A stretch of DNA of 60,238 bases, counting the filler, from Basidiobolus ranarum (lineage: Eukaryota): NCBI GenBank assembly GCA_040143965.1. It is 7 parts of 7 records of this genome, joined end to end, with 100 filler letters (N's around TTAATTAATTAA, not from the genome) between each part and the next. Parts side by side here need not be neighbours in the genome. Positions count along the whole stretch, not along the records: positions 17,277 to 25,807 come from JASJQH010007834.1; positions 25,908 to 34,431 come from JASJQH010007835.1; positions 34,532 to 43,047 come from JASJQH010007836.1; 4 more parts are not named here. One strand, written 5' to 3'. Positions within the stretch are counted from its first letter, which is position 1. Each line of letters begins with the position of its first letter. Made by a program: the position numbers and the translations under genes. Below the pieces are notes generated by a model. The model worked only from the letters and a program-made list of their open reading frames with translations, was not told the DNA's origin and ran no database searches. Positions 24,933-37,050 of this stretch are shown here, piece after piece.

Positions 24933-25807
24933 AACACTTTATCTATTACTGACCAAACATCGTGCAGACAGTTTCGCTCACAACCTAATTGCAACCATCT
25001 CACTGATTATATCTATTGTCGTTTTCGTGAGTTCTCCGAGCGAATCTTTGCCTTCAATTCTTATAGATTTCACTTTTATTGTACGTACCATTCAAGACTT
25101 CATTATACATCGGGAGCCATTTTCCATGCCTCTATATAGGTAGTGAACCAGTAGTCCGAAACTCGACCTTTTTCAATAGTTTTTATTTTGTGAATTTTGT
25201 ATATCTCTCATATTCCCTTCTTTCAATCATTTTCACGGGTTTCATTTATTTTGATTTTCTCGAATTTTTATGTTGATTTCTTTTTTATTAGTCCACTGAA
25301 AAAATTTCCTTACATATATATATACATCTATACATACTACTCTCATGGTTCTACATGACAAACCAACCACACCTTTGAATAAATTGAAATTATTCACTTC
25401 TGATATTTCACCCAGAAGTTAGTCCATTCATGCTCATAATATAAAGGCTCATTTTCATACGATCGATAATGCCGATTTGTCAAGATATTGGAATGTTATC
25501 AATTTATAATGGGGATTGGGTTGAATTGCATTGCAGTGCAGTGATATGTGATGAAGTACATAAACTCTATTTCAAATAACCCCCTCATTGCTTTAAGGTA
25601 CTTAATTCACGTTAAAGATGCATGCTTATCGGCAGAAACACCGCTTGGGTCCTCCTATTGTATATGCTAAACCAGTAATGCAGTAAATACAACGATTGAA
25701 AGTTCCGGTCTCAACCTGAATTGGGGAGTGTTGGTCAAGGGTCAAATCTATGTTGCGAGTTTGTTTGATTAAGCGTGAAGATGGTTGAGATGAAGCCACA
25801 TTCGAGG

Positions 25808-25907
25808 NNNNNNNNNNNNNNNNNNNNNNNNNNNNNNNNNNNNNNNNNNNNTTAATTAATTAANNNNNNNNNNNNNNNNNNNNNNNNNNNNNNNNNNNNN
25901 NNNNNNN
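25808..25907. other. Artificial contig linker
   Basis: N44-TTAATTAATTAA-N44. Confidence 0.99.
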
Positions 25908-26593
25908 CTGTGAAAATGGTTAAACCAACTACTAGAACTCAATCAAGTGAAGCACAGTGTGAGAACGCTTAGGTTAGTAGGGGGAGGAACGAAAGTGCAA
26001 ATAAAAGACTTGATGAAAAGAAGGTCACAAGAATTCTGGAAATAGAAGTACATTCTAAATCGCACAATAAATTCCCCTCTAATTTTTACATTTCCACAAA
26101 TCGGATTCAATCCATAGTCACCAAAATTTTCATAGGCCCCAGGGAATATCTGATCTCCAATTGAGTCGGAAATAATTTACTTGATTGGAGAGCTGATATT
26201 GGGCAGCAATTATATCTAAAGAAAAGCAGCTCACAGTGTTTATTGGCTATGGTATAGAGATTTGGGACATTTAACGAGTATACTAGGGAATGGTTGCATG
26301 GAATACGTATATAGTTGTGGTATAGTTGCAAAGGCCTAATATTTGAGTTCGAGGTTACATAAAGCGGATGGAAGCACATTAAGGAATATGAAAGCTATAG
26401 TTTCTATACAGGGAGTGTGGCGATGTCCGCCAGTGCTAAAGATTATGTATATCCAGGCTAAATGGAGTTGATTTGAGATCAGAGTGCTTGTAGCCAAAGC
26501 AAGAGATGCAAGCCACCAGATAACATAGTGCGGTAATAATAAGAGGAGCTGTGGCGAATTAAAACCTATCTATTACGATTATTCAGTCCGTGC

Positions 26594-28891
26594 TCAGCAA
26601 GAATGAAGCTTCCGAAAGTCCTCAAGCGTCACCACCGAGCCGCTTATGCGTGCATGTTCAGCAGCGAAGGCATAGATGTGGCAATCTAAAAGGAACAAGG
26701 TTAATTGGCTATAATAGGTGTTCATGATGATCGATTTAACTTACTGAAGGCTTCTTCTGGGCCTGTGAGAATGTAACCCTCCGGGTCTTCGTGAGCAACG
26801 GCATTTACGAATGCTCTCATCATATCGTAATCAGGTTCTGAAAATATGGATTAGCTTTCTGAGAGGGATATCAGAATTGTATCTATCTTTACCTATTTCG
26901 TTCGATAGTTTTTCCTGTCGACTATTCGGATCTATATCCACCCTTTCTCCAGTACGAAAGTCTGTGTGTCTAATGAGCTTGCCGTCTCCATCCACTTCAC
27001 CTTTGGTCCCGAAGATCCGAGTCTGGACCCAAGCAAGATGATGACGTTTAGAGGGGTGTTGAGCATTGACATTGACATAAAAACTTACTTTTCCTTGAGG
27101 CATAGCTTCCGCTCCAGCTACCACGGTAAGTGTACAAGTGCTCCCGTTTTCAAAAACCATATTAACCACCTATTATACGTGGTTAGTGAGTTCCATGCAC
27201 TCGCTAGAACATCATAGCGATAGGCTAACCTGATTGTCACACACATCATTTTCGCATTCATGGACGCACCTCCCGTAAGGCCCATCTTCTAAAGCTTTTG
27301 TGACGTTCTCGATATCTGTAGTGCTCGCCATTAATAAGGTTCTGGAGTTAATGTGCGCTAAACAACGTACCAACAACATCTGTGATACTACTGGCAGGCC
27401 ACCCAGTATGTCCACTTTTGATGGGATCAAGATATATTTTCACTGCTGAGTACGCGCAATTTGACTCGTACGGACAGTCCATACATAGCCTAGAAGATAT
27501 GGTCAGTGGGTTGATTAACATTAGGAATATATAGTGCAGTTACTTTGATTCTCCCGCCTGCTTAGGTTTTCTGTCAGGTTTAAAATGAGAGATGTTCCCA
27601 AATGAGCTGATTTTCTACATGGCTTTAAGGTTAAAATCGGCGCAATAACGGTCTGTTTAAGTGTAGGTAAGACGCATACCATACAACGGCGCCCTATAAG
27701 ATGTGCCAGAAGATCTTCGTTATCCAGGAAATGTATTAGATTCATAGTCCCTGTAAAATGATAATAAGATTCCGAGTTACCTAAATCATGAATACACTGT
27801 CGAAAGGTAAGTACGATGACCAACATAGAGAGGATATAATTATCAAAATACTGACCTTGTTCATTAATACGTTAGTATTTCCGCTTTCACGTTCATAATT
27901 CCCTCGAACAAACTGAAACATAAGGGTTAGACTTGACCAAGCTATTTCAAATCATTAGAGTCTTACAGAATGTGCAAACTGAGAATGCCCAACAGGCTCC
28001 AAATGCTGAATGTTTATGATGCTTCCGAGCGTATCAGATTGTATCAATTTCTTGAGCATGCGATTGTATGGCGTATATCTTAGAGCATGGCCTGACGGAT
28101 TTGAATCAGTAAGATTGGAATGCAAACTAAGCTCTGAAGAGGAAACTTACAAACAGCAAATATCACCTAAAGATAAAGGTTAAGAAATAGTCAACACAAG
28201 CAATTGAACAAACAAAATTAATAACGAATATACATTGTTTTCTGTGACGGCCGAAACAATTCTTTGGCAATCTTTGATAGATACCGCCATGGGTTTTTCG
28301 AGCATGATGTGATAACCGAGCTTTGCTAGCTCTAACAGTTAAATAAAGCCTGTCAGAATTCACTTCGTCAATTGGTCGCAAGAACAGTACACTAACCAAG
28401 AGTAGGTTCAACGTGCAAGTGGTCAAAAGTAGCAATCACTACAGCTTGGCTTAACCTTGGTTGCTTAGCCAACTTAAAGCATCTTTTATGTCAGTGATAA
28501 TGTGACTGGCGTTAATTTATCTGAGACCCCACATACCTCTTTCCAATCGGAAAAAACGAATTTAGAAGGGATATCGTATTTCTATCAAGATAAAGTCGTA
28601 AGGTTCGTGTCGTGGTGATATCATTAAAACTGCTTGACCTACTTCAGCCATGTTGTTTCTTCTTATGTTTTTGGGTTCTGCAACAGCAACAACCTTCATG
28701 AGATGGGGATTTTTTAGGGCAAAACTAGCATAACTTGAACCTCTGTATAAAATAATATGTAAGATACGCATCCCAAACATTATTATGGGCGGTCTTTAAA
28801 GGCTAATACAAGCAAAGTGAAAGGAGACATGCCTGCTACCAGCGCCAACTATAGAAACAGTTACTGGAAATCTTGCTAGACTCTCAGACAT
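26594..28891 (-). CDS. Gfo/Idh/MocA-family NAD(P)-dependent oxidoreductase, about 15 exons
   Basis: [105 protein letters not shown]; stop TGA at 26596-26594. Confidence 0.88.
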
Positions 28892-30157
28892 ATCTGCTCG
28901 TTCAAGGAATATGAAGCGGTCCAAAGATGTGGTGAGTAAGAGTTGAACTTTAGCCAAAAGGTTGACTTAGTATTAAACCATTCCTTGACTCTTCATCCAA
29001 TCATGGGCCAAATTCCTCGTTGGTAAGTCTAAGTCCGACACCAATAATAACACAATGAATACAAAAATAGTGGGGTTAGGTTTTGCCAGATATCTCACCT
29101 CCAACCAATATATGCCAAAACAAGAAAGAAGTCCATAGCGTTGGGTTGGCTGCTGCGTTTCGGCCAAGGAAAGGCATGAAGCGCATTGTAAAAGCCAGAT
29201 GGCCGACTCCCCCTTGTGTAAATCCGAAATAATGCCGAATAAATCATTGTACAATCTAAAAGTGTAAAGCTTGTTTTCTCACATGGAAATGAAATATCTG
29301 GCCTCGTTATAGAATTAAAGTATGAGGATTTATAATATAACCGAAAGAATGACTGCTCGAATAGGCCTGGATGATGAGGTGCAAAGCTCTTGGGTGGTAC
29401 CATCTTGATAGCTATTTGGGGTGAACACGAAGCTGTGCACTGTACCCAAGAAGCCTGCATGAATCAATATCATCTTCATTCATACGATTTAGGCAATGCA
29501 TTACAAATCCCCAGTCACCCAAATACCGAGTTGGTGCAACTCTCCTTTCCAAAGTTACTTAGCTGCAGTATCTTTGATGAATCATCAGTGTCTTTGAATC
29601 TACTGAGTACACAAACTATCCAATAGCAACCTGTGCAAAATACTTTTTGCAACTCAGACTGTCACTAGCTCCACCGATTAAGGGCACTGAATTCTAGCGG
29701 GCAAGACTACCGAGCAAATTGCGTTCCGACTTAGTGCAGCTGGTCTAATAAGGAATTTTGGGAATCTTGCAACTAAGCCAGTATTTGCGAACGAGCTTTA
29801 TCAAGTAATTGGTGACCAGTACTACTTAGGGGAGAGCAAAGGAAAAGCATTCTATGGAGTTCAGACCCCGCCAGTTATATAGAATATGCAATTTGTGTCC
29901 TAATCCCCATACTTTTTCTAAAAATACTGTTACAGCATGAGAATTTCACATGAATCTAACCCATGAATGCCCATGCAAACATCCAAGTGTGGATGAGGTT
30001 GGAACTAAACACTATGGTGCGATTGGTTTAGACTTCATAAAAAGATTTATTTAATGAAATGGAAGCACTGCGAAACCTGGTTAATCTCTGCCAAAAAAGG
30101 ATGTCGATCAATGTGTACGGGTAAAGGCAGTTCTTGATGAATAATTGCCGTTTACAG

Positions 30158-31843
30158 CTAACTGCTGATTTCGGACACTTTCGCAAAAACTGCATCCAGA
30201 TTGGTCCATGAAGTGGTTTTTCCTTGCCATCTTCCCTTACCACCGCCCTTGACGTTAGTGAGCACTTCTGTAACAATATTGCTGCATTCCTTGACTTTAT
30301 CTTGGTTTCCTAGGATAATGATTGGACCCCCTTCTTTCTTTGGACCGCCGCATAGCAAAATAACTGAATGAGGGGGAAAGTCTTTCAAGTGATGCGTCAA
30401 AAGGTTTAGGAAGGTCATATCTGCGTCTTCACGATGGTATGTGATATATCCTTGATCTTTAATCTTTTGAGCCAAATCAATTCCAACATAGTCTGCAATC
30501 TCTTTAAGTAAGCTTTTAGCGGTCTTTTGGGTGTCCCTGAATTGCTTCTGGATTTTACTCAGTGCATCCACATGGTCGTCTGGACCGCAGCTTAAAGCAG
30601 CCGTAAGTGCACGCTCACGGGCATAGCTTTGATGCAAATATTGGGTAACTCTGTTTCCTACCAAGAAAAACAACATGGTGTTTGTACCACGAACTTTCTC
30701 TGTATGCAGAAATTTGATAACCTTCAATTGGCAAGTAAGATGTTTAGTTAATGAGTATGAGCCATTCTTGCAGAAGCAATTGGTCGTACCTGAAGATCTT
30801 TAAGGTTATTGACATGTGTACCGCAGCAGCTAAAGGAAGATGATAAGTTAAAGGCGTGGAACGAAGAGTGTAAATGTTAAACAATACAACAACAAAATGA
30901 ATAGGATTCAAGTTGAACGATGCTTACGGGTTATTGTCAAGGCCGTCAATTCGTACATATCTAACTACTCCACCCACATAATCTTTTGGTAAACTCTCAG
31001 GGTTGGTCTCTAGATCATTCTGTTGCTTTAAATGAACAGTATTTACTGAGATAGCTGACCGGATCTTTTCGTTTAAAATAATCTCTAGTTTGTCAATTTG
31101 CTCTTGAGTAGGTACACTCTTCTTGGTATCCAATTCTATATGAGACTTTATAAGTCCAAGATTCCTGATGTACAACTATATTAGAGAAGAATTCTCAAAT
31201 TAAATATATCAACGCAAAGTACCAAGAAAGTGTAACAAAGCCAAATTCACTCTCCATAACAGCACTTATCAAATGTTGCCCTGTTAAGAGTTTGTAAGGA
31301 TGAATTAATCACATGCTTTTCGCAGTGACTGATGAACTGTCTACATAGTTCACTTACCGCTATGCTGTTGCATGTGATCCCAACGACGTTCATAATCAAC
31401 CTTAACAACTACCTTCGAGCCGACTTCCAATGGAGCCTCTGTATAATGAATGCAGTCAAGACCTTTTCTCTGTACATTTACTACTTTGACTTCATTGATA
31501 AAACCAGTATCGTGAGGCTAAAAAAGTGAATAAGTACACTAATTACTCAAATACATAAAAGTCGCTATATGTGAAAGTGCTATGTAATACCTGACCACCG
31601 CCTTCCGGGAACAGAACTGAATGTATGTGAGACAAAACAGATGGTGAGATTTGAAGCTTTTTTCGGAAAATGAATACACTAATTACCTGTATCAAATAAC
31701 TCTACTTCGTATAAGCCATCTGCGTTGGGCCGTTCGGTACATGAATAGACGGTGGTGGTCAACTCTTTGGAGTAGGGGTCAAGCTGGCAAGCTAATGACC
31801 CTACCAAAGCCGGCCTTGCCGTGTCTGTTTGGACTATTGTCAT
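30158..31843 (-). CDS. AARSD1: Alanyl-tRNA editing protein (AlaX / AARSD1), 7 exons
   Basis: LACQLDPY, DT|VLFPEGGGQ|PHDTG, RRWDHMQQHS|GQHLISA (HxxxH), NP|CCGTH (CxxxH-type zinc site) and C-terminal VKGGGKGRWQGK. Confidence 0.92.
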
Positions 31844-32565
31844 AGTTGTAAATTGGAAAAGTAACAGACTAAAAAGAAAATCAAGAAATTTATAGTAAAT
31901 ATGAGGCTCTAGGATTCCCCGGTAACATTGATTCAACAATTTTCTGCCTGTTTTAACAGATTTCTATTCAGTCTGCTTAACCCTTCTAGTCCCACACGAT
32001 TATACTTCACACTCCTTTTTATTTATACAATATTGATTGATAATACATAGATTGTAGTAAAGTAGGCTGGTATAGATACGAAATTCTAACAATAAATGAA
32101 ACATTTCCAGTTGTACTTTGTTTTTATAATTTTTTGTCTTCAGCTGTGCTTTGGTTCATAAAGTTTAACATACGTTTCTTTCAACGCTCAATAGCATGTT
32201 ATGTAGGGATAAACGGTTAGTCGTTAATTAAGTCATCTTACAAGGTCACGATTTTGATTTACTTGGAGATTCACTTTGGGTCCTTTACAAAGAACTAGAT
32301 GCTTAATTAAAAAAGTAGTAGTCCCAGTTTATTAGAGCTTGAACACTGTCAATATATCTTGTGCAATTTTGCTTAAGCCTATTTTTGGTATTTAGGATAA
32401 ATATATGATCTTTACTATGTTTTGCTACATTCAATAGAGCATTTCCAATTAAAAGTGAAGATAAATCTCATATTTTCCTTTGTATATGTCTGGATACTAT
32501 GATACTAGCTGTAAGTTTTTAATTCAGCAAAATTGAAGGAATTATGAGCATGTAATGGTCATTTG

Positions 32566-32904
32566 TGTTAAAGTATTTGGGAACCTGTTGGAAGTGGTTT
32601 GGAGAATTAGAGAAATTGATGGTTTTCACTTACTGATTTATTGAGTAGAAAGTTGACATTTATACTTTTGTCAATATGTAAACAAACTAACGTGTAGAAT
32701 GTGTTAAGGAAGGTCCCAGAAACATGTGTACAAAGTTTGGGGCTTCTTTGAAAAATCTATATATCTGAGAACTTCTAAGTTGGTGTCAATATTCTAAGTA
32801 AATTCCAATATCAAATAATGTGTAATATCTTAGTTCAATATAAGATAACTAAACACTAAGCTATATATGACTATATAGGTGTTTAGGCAATGCTAATTTC
32901 AACA
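32566..32904 (-). mobile_element. Complete solo LTR (339 bp) with 5-bp target-site duplication
   Basis: Ends TGTTAAAG...TTTCAACA; ATTTG flanks both sides (32561-32565 and 32905-32909). Confidence 0.93.
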
Positions 32905-34431
32905 ATTTGGACCAATGAAGTAGTACATATGCCACTTTTCAAACAGCCTTACAATAGATGTATCTAGCTTGTATCTGACACTAGACAAATTATACTCAAC
33001 ACTCAATTAATAAAACCAGTATATAATTATAAGTTTTTGGTTTGATTTGTAATAAATGTTTGATTTACACTTACTATTTTATTATGTTGCAGATAAATCA
33101 TTTCATATATGCAAATGGAGGAAATGACAGTAAAGATATTAGGAAAGTGGCGGAATGGTCTTTCCTCAATATTTTGACATTTTGTCCAAAATTATGTTAC
33201 AATCTTGACCAACAAAGTATTCTGTAAATATATAAATATTAAAATACTTAACCCCAATATTTCAAGGGTATACACTCCATTTGAGGTTGTATAGTATAGG
33301 ACCAATCAAGTAGACTTCATGTAGTCCGTTGAAACATAGAACATATTTATAGCACTGAACAGTTTCCTATATTTCTGGCGACCAACTTCTATTATGTTTG
33401 ATCCAGTGGGAATTCCTTAGGCTGAATAACAAACAACAATCTATATACGAATCATCAGTGTAGGAGAAATCTTGTCGATTGTAGACCGAATTCAATTTTT
33501 ACCAGAACAATTAGTAAGAAACCCAAGCAATAATTACCGAGTATGATCGATTTTACCCCTATTTCCAGTTACAAATTGGCTTAAACAGTCCCTCCCAGAA
33601 TTTATCCCATGGTTTCGAAGCAATCCACTGGTAAATAAAGATCTATATTTTATACTTCCAATAGTATTTAGCGATACCTGGAAATCAGCCATTTCATACT
33701 CAGCCATTATGCGAAATCGATCTTCCACAAGGCGATATGATTTATTGGCTGCCTTCGTTGTTGTTTATTTGATTATATAAGCGATCGAACACGTCCCTGA
33801 AATTTGCTTCTTTCACTATGCATCCAGCGATGACCTCAACGGACATGATATAACCCTGAAATTTAACCAATCCTCACCATTAATTGAGCCATGGTAAGGC
33901 TTGGGAGAATCCCATGGCTCATTTGTTAACAGTGGCGCCATATCATAGGGTGTAACGTTCTCCCTAATACCCTGGCATCAAGGCTATTGACTCAGCAATA
34001 CATAAAAGCACTGATTTCGCTCGATAATTTTGCCGATTGGCTGGTAATAAGATAATCTCAGTGTATGTGAATAAATCCTAGCATATATTGAGGATTGATT
34101 TCTAGAGTCATGAAGTTGATTTGATGTACACGAAGCAATGGGAATGAGAGAATCTTGCTCAATACACAAGAGTCGATTGACACCGGCCAGCGAAATGAAA
34201 ATTCAAGCTTGAAAGAAGCAGACTTTTTAAAGGACAACGTCAACAAACTGAAAAATCACTCCAAATGAACGCAAAAAGCCGTGAGGGGTGACATTCTTGA
34301 ATAGATGATTGATTTATGTAGGCTTTGCAACGGATCAATTGAAACAATTGATCAAGTGAAGATCCTATACAATTTGGCAATTAGTCTCCTGAATTTCCAG
34401 TATGCGATTTTCACCACATTGTTCGAAATCC

Positions 34432-34531
34432 NNNNNNNNNNNNNNNNNNNNNNNNNNNNNNNNNNNNNNNNNNNNTTAATTAATTAANNNNNNNNNNNNN
34501 NNNNNNNNNNNNNNNNNNNNNNNNNNNNNNN
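34432..34531. other. Artificial contig linker
   Basis: N44-TTAATTAATTAA-N44. Confidence 0.99.
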
Positions 34532-35980
34532 AATCTGATTAACAATGTATCAGCAAAATCAGTGATGGATGTAATGCAATAGGTTAAGGAGACTCCAGAG
34601 TTTATTAACCTTCCAACAAAGGGCTCTTTTCAATGTGCTGATTGGTTTTTGCATTGTTTGAGCACAATAACAGCAACAAAACCCAATTCATGGACTCAAA
34701 GTATGTACCTCTATAATTTGGATTAATATGTGGATGTGATAATCTGAAGGTATTTCTTGGAAAGCTGCAAGACAGACTTCCTGGTGAGATAGATTGAGAT
34801 ACATACTGTCATTGTTTTAGCCATGGGGCAATCTATTCAAGCAATGACACAACTACTTGTGTCAGGTTGTTTGTTGACTGCAAGTCAGGAATATTTTGGC
34901 TGAATTCCTTACAGAAATTTGCCAAAATGCAAGAGCTTATTCACAATGTGAACAGTTACAAGAGTCAGCTATTTGCCAAGTGTCAGTGCTATTCAAAATT
35001 TCAGATGCTTAGCAATTTTTCCACCATTAGTTTGCTGGTAAAGCATGGTGATGTTGTTGAGTTATGTCTGATCAGTCAAGTATGTGCATATGTAGAGACT
35101 AAACACAACATGATTCTTGTATTTTTAATTCTCATCATGGCTGTAATACAAAGCCTAAAATATCTAAATAAAGGCATGCATATTAATTTGAACTCCTATA
35201 GCAGTGAATCCAGTAATTTGCCATTAAAAATTAGTTTTTTGCCAAAATTGTTGGTAATTAAACAACACATGCCAAATATGAGGATCAACATTTTAATATG
35301 TATGAATACTATTGAAATACCATCAAGAAGCCACCATCTCACCATCAAAATCCTTGAAAGAATGCAAGCCACCAATATTGTGATGGTTCTCTGTTGGTTT
35401 TACAATCCAGATGGGTGGATCCAATCCGGATCAAGTTGGTTTTATTTTTGTTAGGGTTCACAAGTCTTGGCAAGCAGTGATGAAAATACAGGGTGATCAC
35501 AAGTAGTAATTACTACTTGAAAACCAGGATGATTTTATTAACCAGACATGGCTCCTATTTATACTTTTCTGAAGGTAGAATTGATTACTCATGAGAATTG
35601 CTGGAAATATCCAGAGAATTCTATTGGTGGGGATCTGGGGATATGATGTCTTCATAAATAGACTGGTTCCTTGTGATGGTGCCAGATTGTGCTGTATACA
35701 ATCATATTTAATCTAATATATTCATCCAAGGTCTGATAAATCATGTCACAATGGAACAAGTCAATTCATAGGGTTGGTAGCCCATGGAATGTTCTACAAG
35801 GATGTAAAAAAATCCCAAGAGTCATGGAATATTCTGGTAGAATCATATTTTGATTGGTCAATTTTCAATCAGTCATCATCTGTTCCAAGAATCATGTGGA
35901 ATGTTCTGGGGGCTTGTAGGAATTTCCAGAAAATAATAGAGCAAATGTGGGTTAATACTGATAAATTGTACACTATAGCT

Positions 35981-36452
35981 CTATATCTGAGAACTGCTAA
36001 GTCAGTGAAAATATTCTAAGTAAATTCCTCATGAGAATAATGGGTGATATCTTAGTGAAATATAAGATAAGTACTAAGCTATATATGACTATATAGGAGT
36101 TTAGTGTTAAAGTCTTTGGGAGCCTGTAGGAAGTGGTTTGGAGAATCAGAGAAATTGGCAGTTTTCACTTATTGACTTATTGAGTTGAAAGTTGACATTC
36201 ATAGTCTTGTCAAGATGTAAACAAACTATAATGTAGAATGTGTTGAGGAAGGTCCTAGGAGCATATGCACAAAGTTTTGGGCTTCTAGTACAAGTGCAAA
36301 AGTTCTTTATATCTGAGAACTTCTAAGTTGGTGACAGTATTCTAAGTAAATTCCTATTGAGAATAATGGGTAATATCTTAGTGAAGTATAGGATAACTAA
36401 ATACTAAGCTATATATGACTGTGTAGGTGTTTAGGCAATATTAATTTCAACA
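35981..36452 (-). repeat. Partial LTR (35981-36104) abutting a full LTR family copy (36105-36452)
   Basis: The AAGCTATATATGACT block occurs twice; the full copy runs TGTTAAAG...ATTTCAACA; no TSD. Confidence 0.85.
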
Positions 36453-37050
36453 TATATCCCACATATTTGAGCAGCAAAAGCTGGTACCAACAGTGTTTGG
36501 TCCCATTTGCAAAGAGTTTGATCCAACCATTGTTTCAATGTCTACAAAGCATGTGAAAGTTGGCAATGTAGGGAAACACTATATGTAAGATTTGATGATT
36601 AGGCAAATGCCATTAATTGACTCTAAGATATTTGCTTGGTGCTATGAGACTCTATTTGTGGGAAACATGTGATGATGATGGCCAAAACAACAACATCAAA
36701 AGTTGGTTTTATATATACAATTGTGCTTAAAAATATAACCCATTTATATTATAATAGTGCACTTGGGAATAAATATGATTTCAATGATATCTGCTTCAAA
36801 ATAATATTTATAGCCAAAAATTTTGAATGAAATGAAGTTATCTAGGGCAAAAAATGGATCTCATCAAAAGATCACAAGTAATGTTCCATATCATGGCAAG
36901 TGGAGACGAAAAGATATGGAATGTTAAGATGTTGGTAGAAATTATCAGAAGTGTCAAAATTTTCATAATGTGTAATTTGGAAACATTACTTGAGTCTCAT
37001 TAAAAATTTCTGGAAATATTTGGAGAATATTCAAAGTGTATCGCAAGAGT

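Noticed and set aside
29670-29810. AAGGGC...AATTTTGG resembling a U11 snRNA 5' end and Sm site
   Set aside because: Only short words match and I could not build the expected stem-loops; it needs an Infernal search.
33240-34431. Short minus-strand ORFs at the end of contig 4
   Set aside because: Stops in all frames and no recognisable family; they could not be assembled into a gene.
34867-35454. 195-aa ORF as a gene
   Set aside because: TTG start, no motifs, and it lies in CpG-depleted repeat-like DNA.
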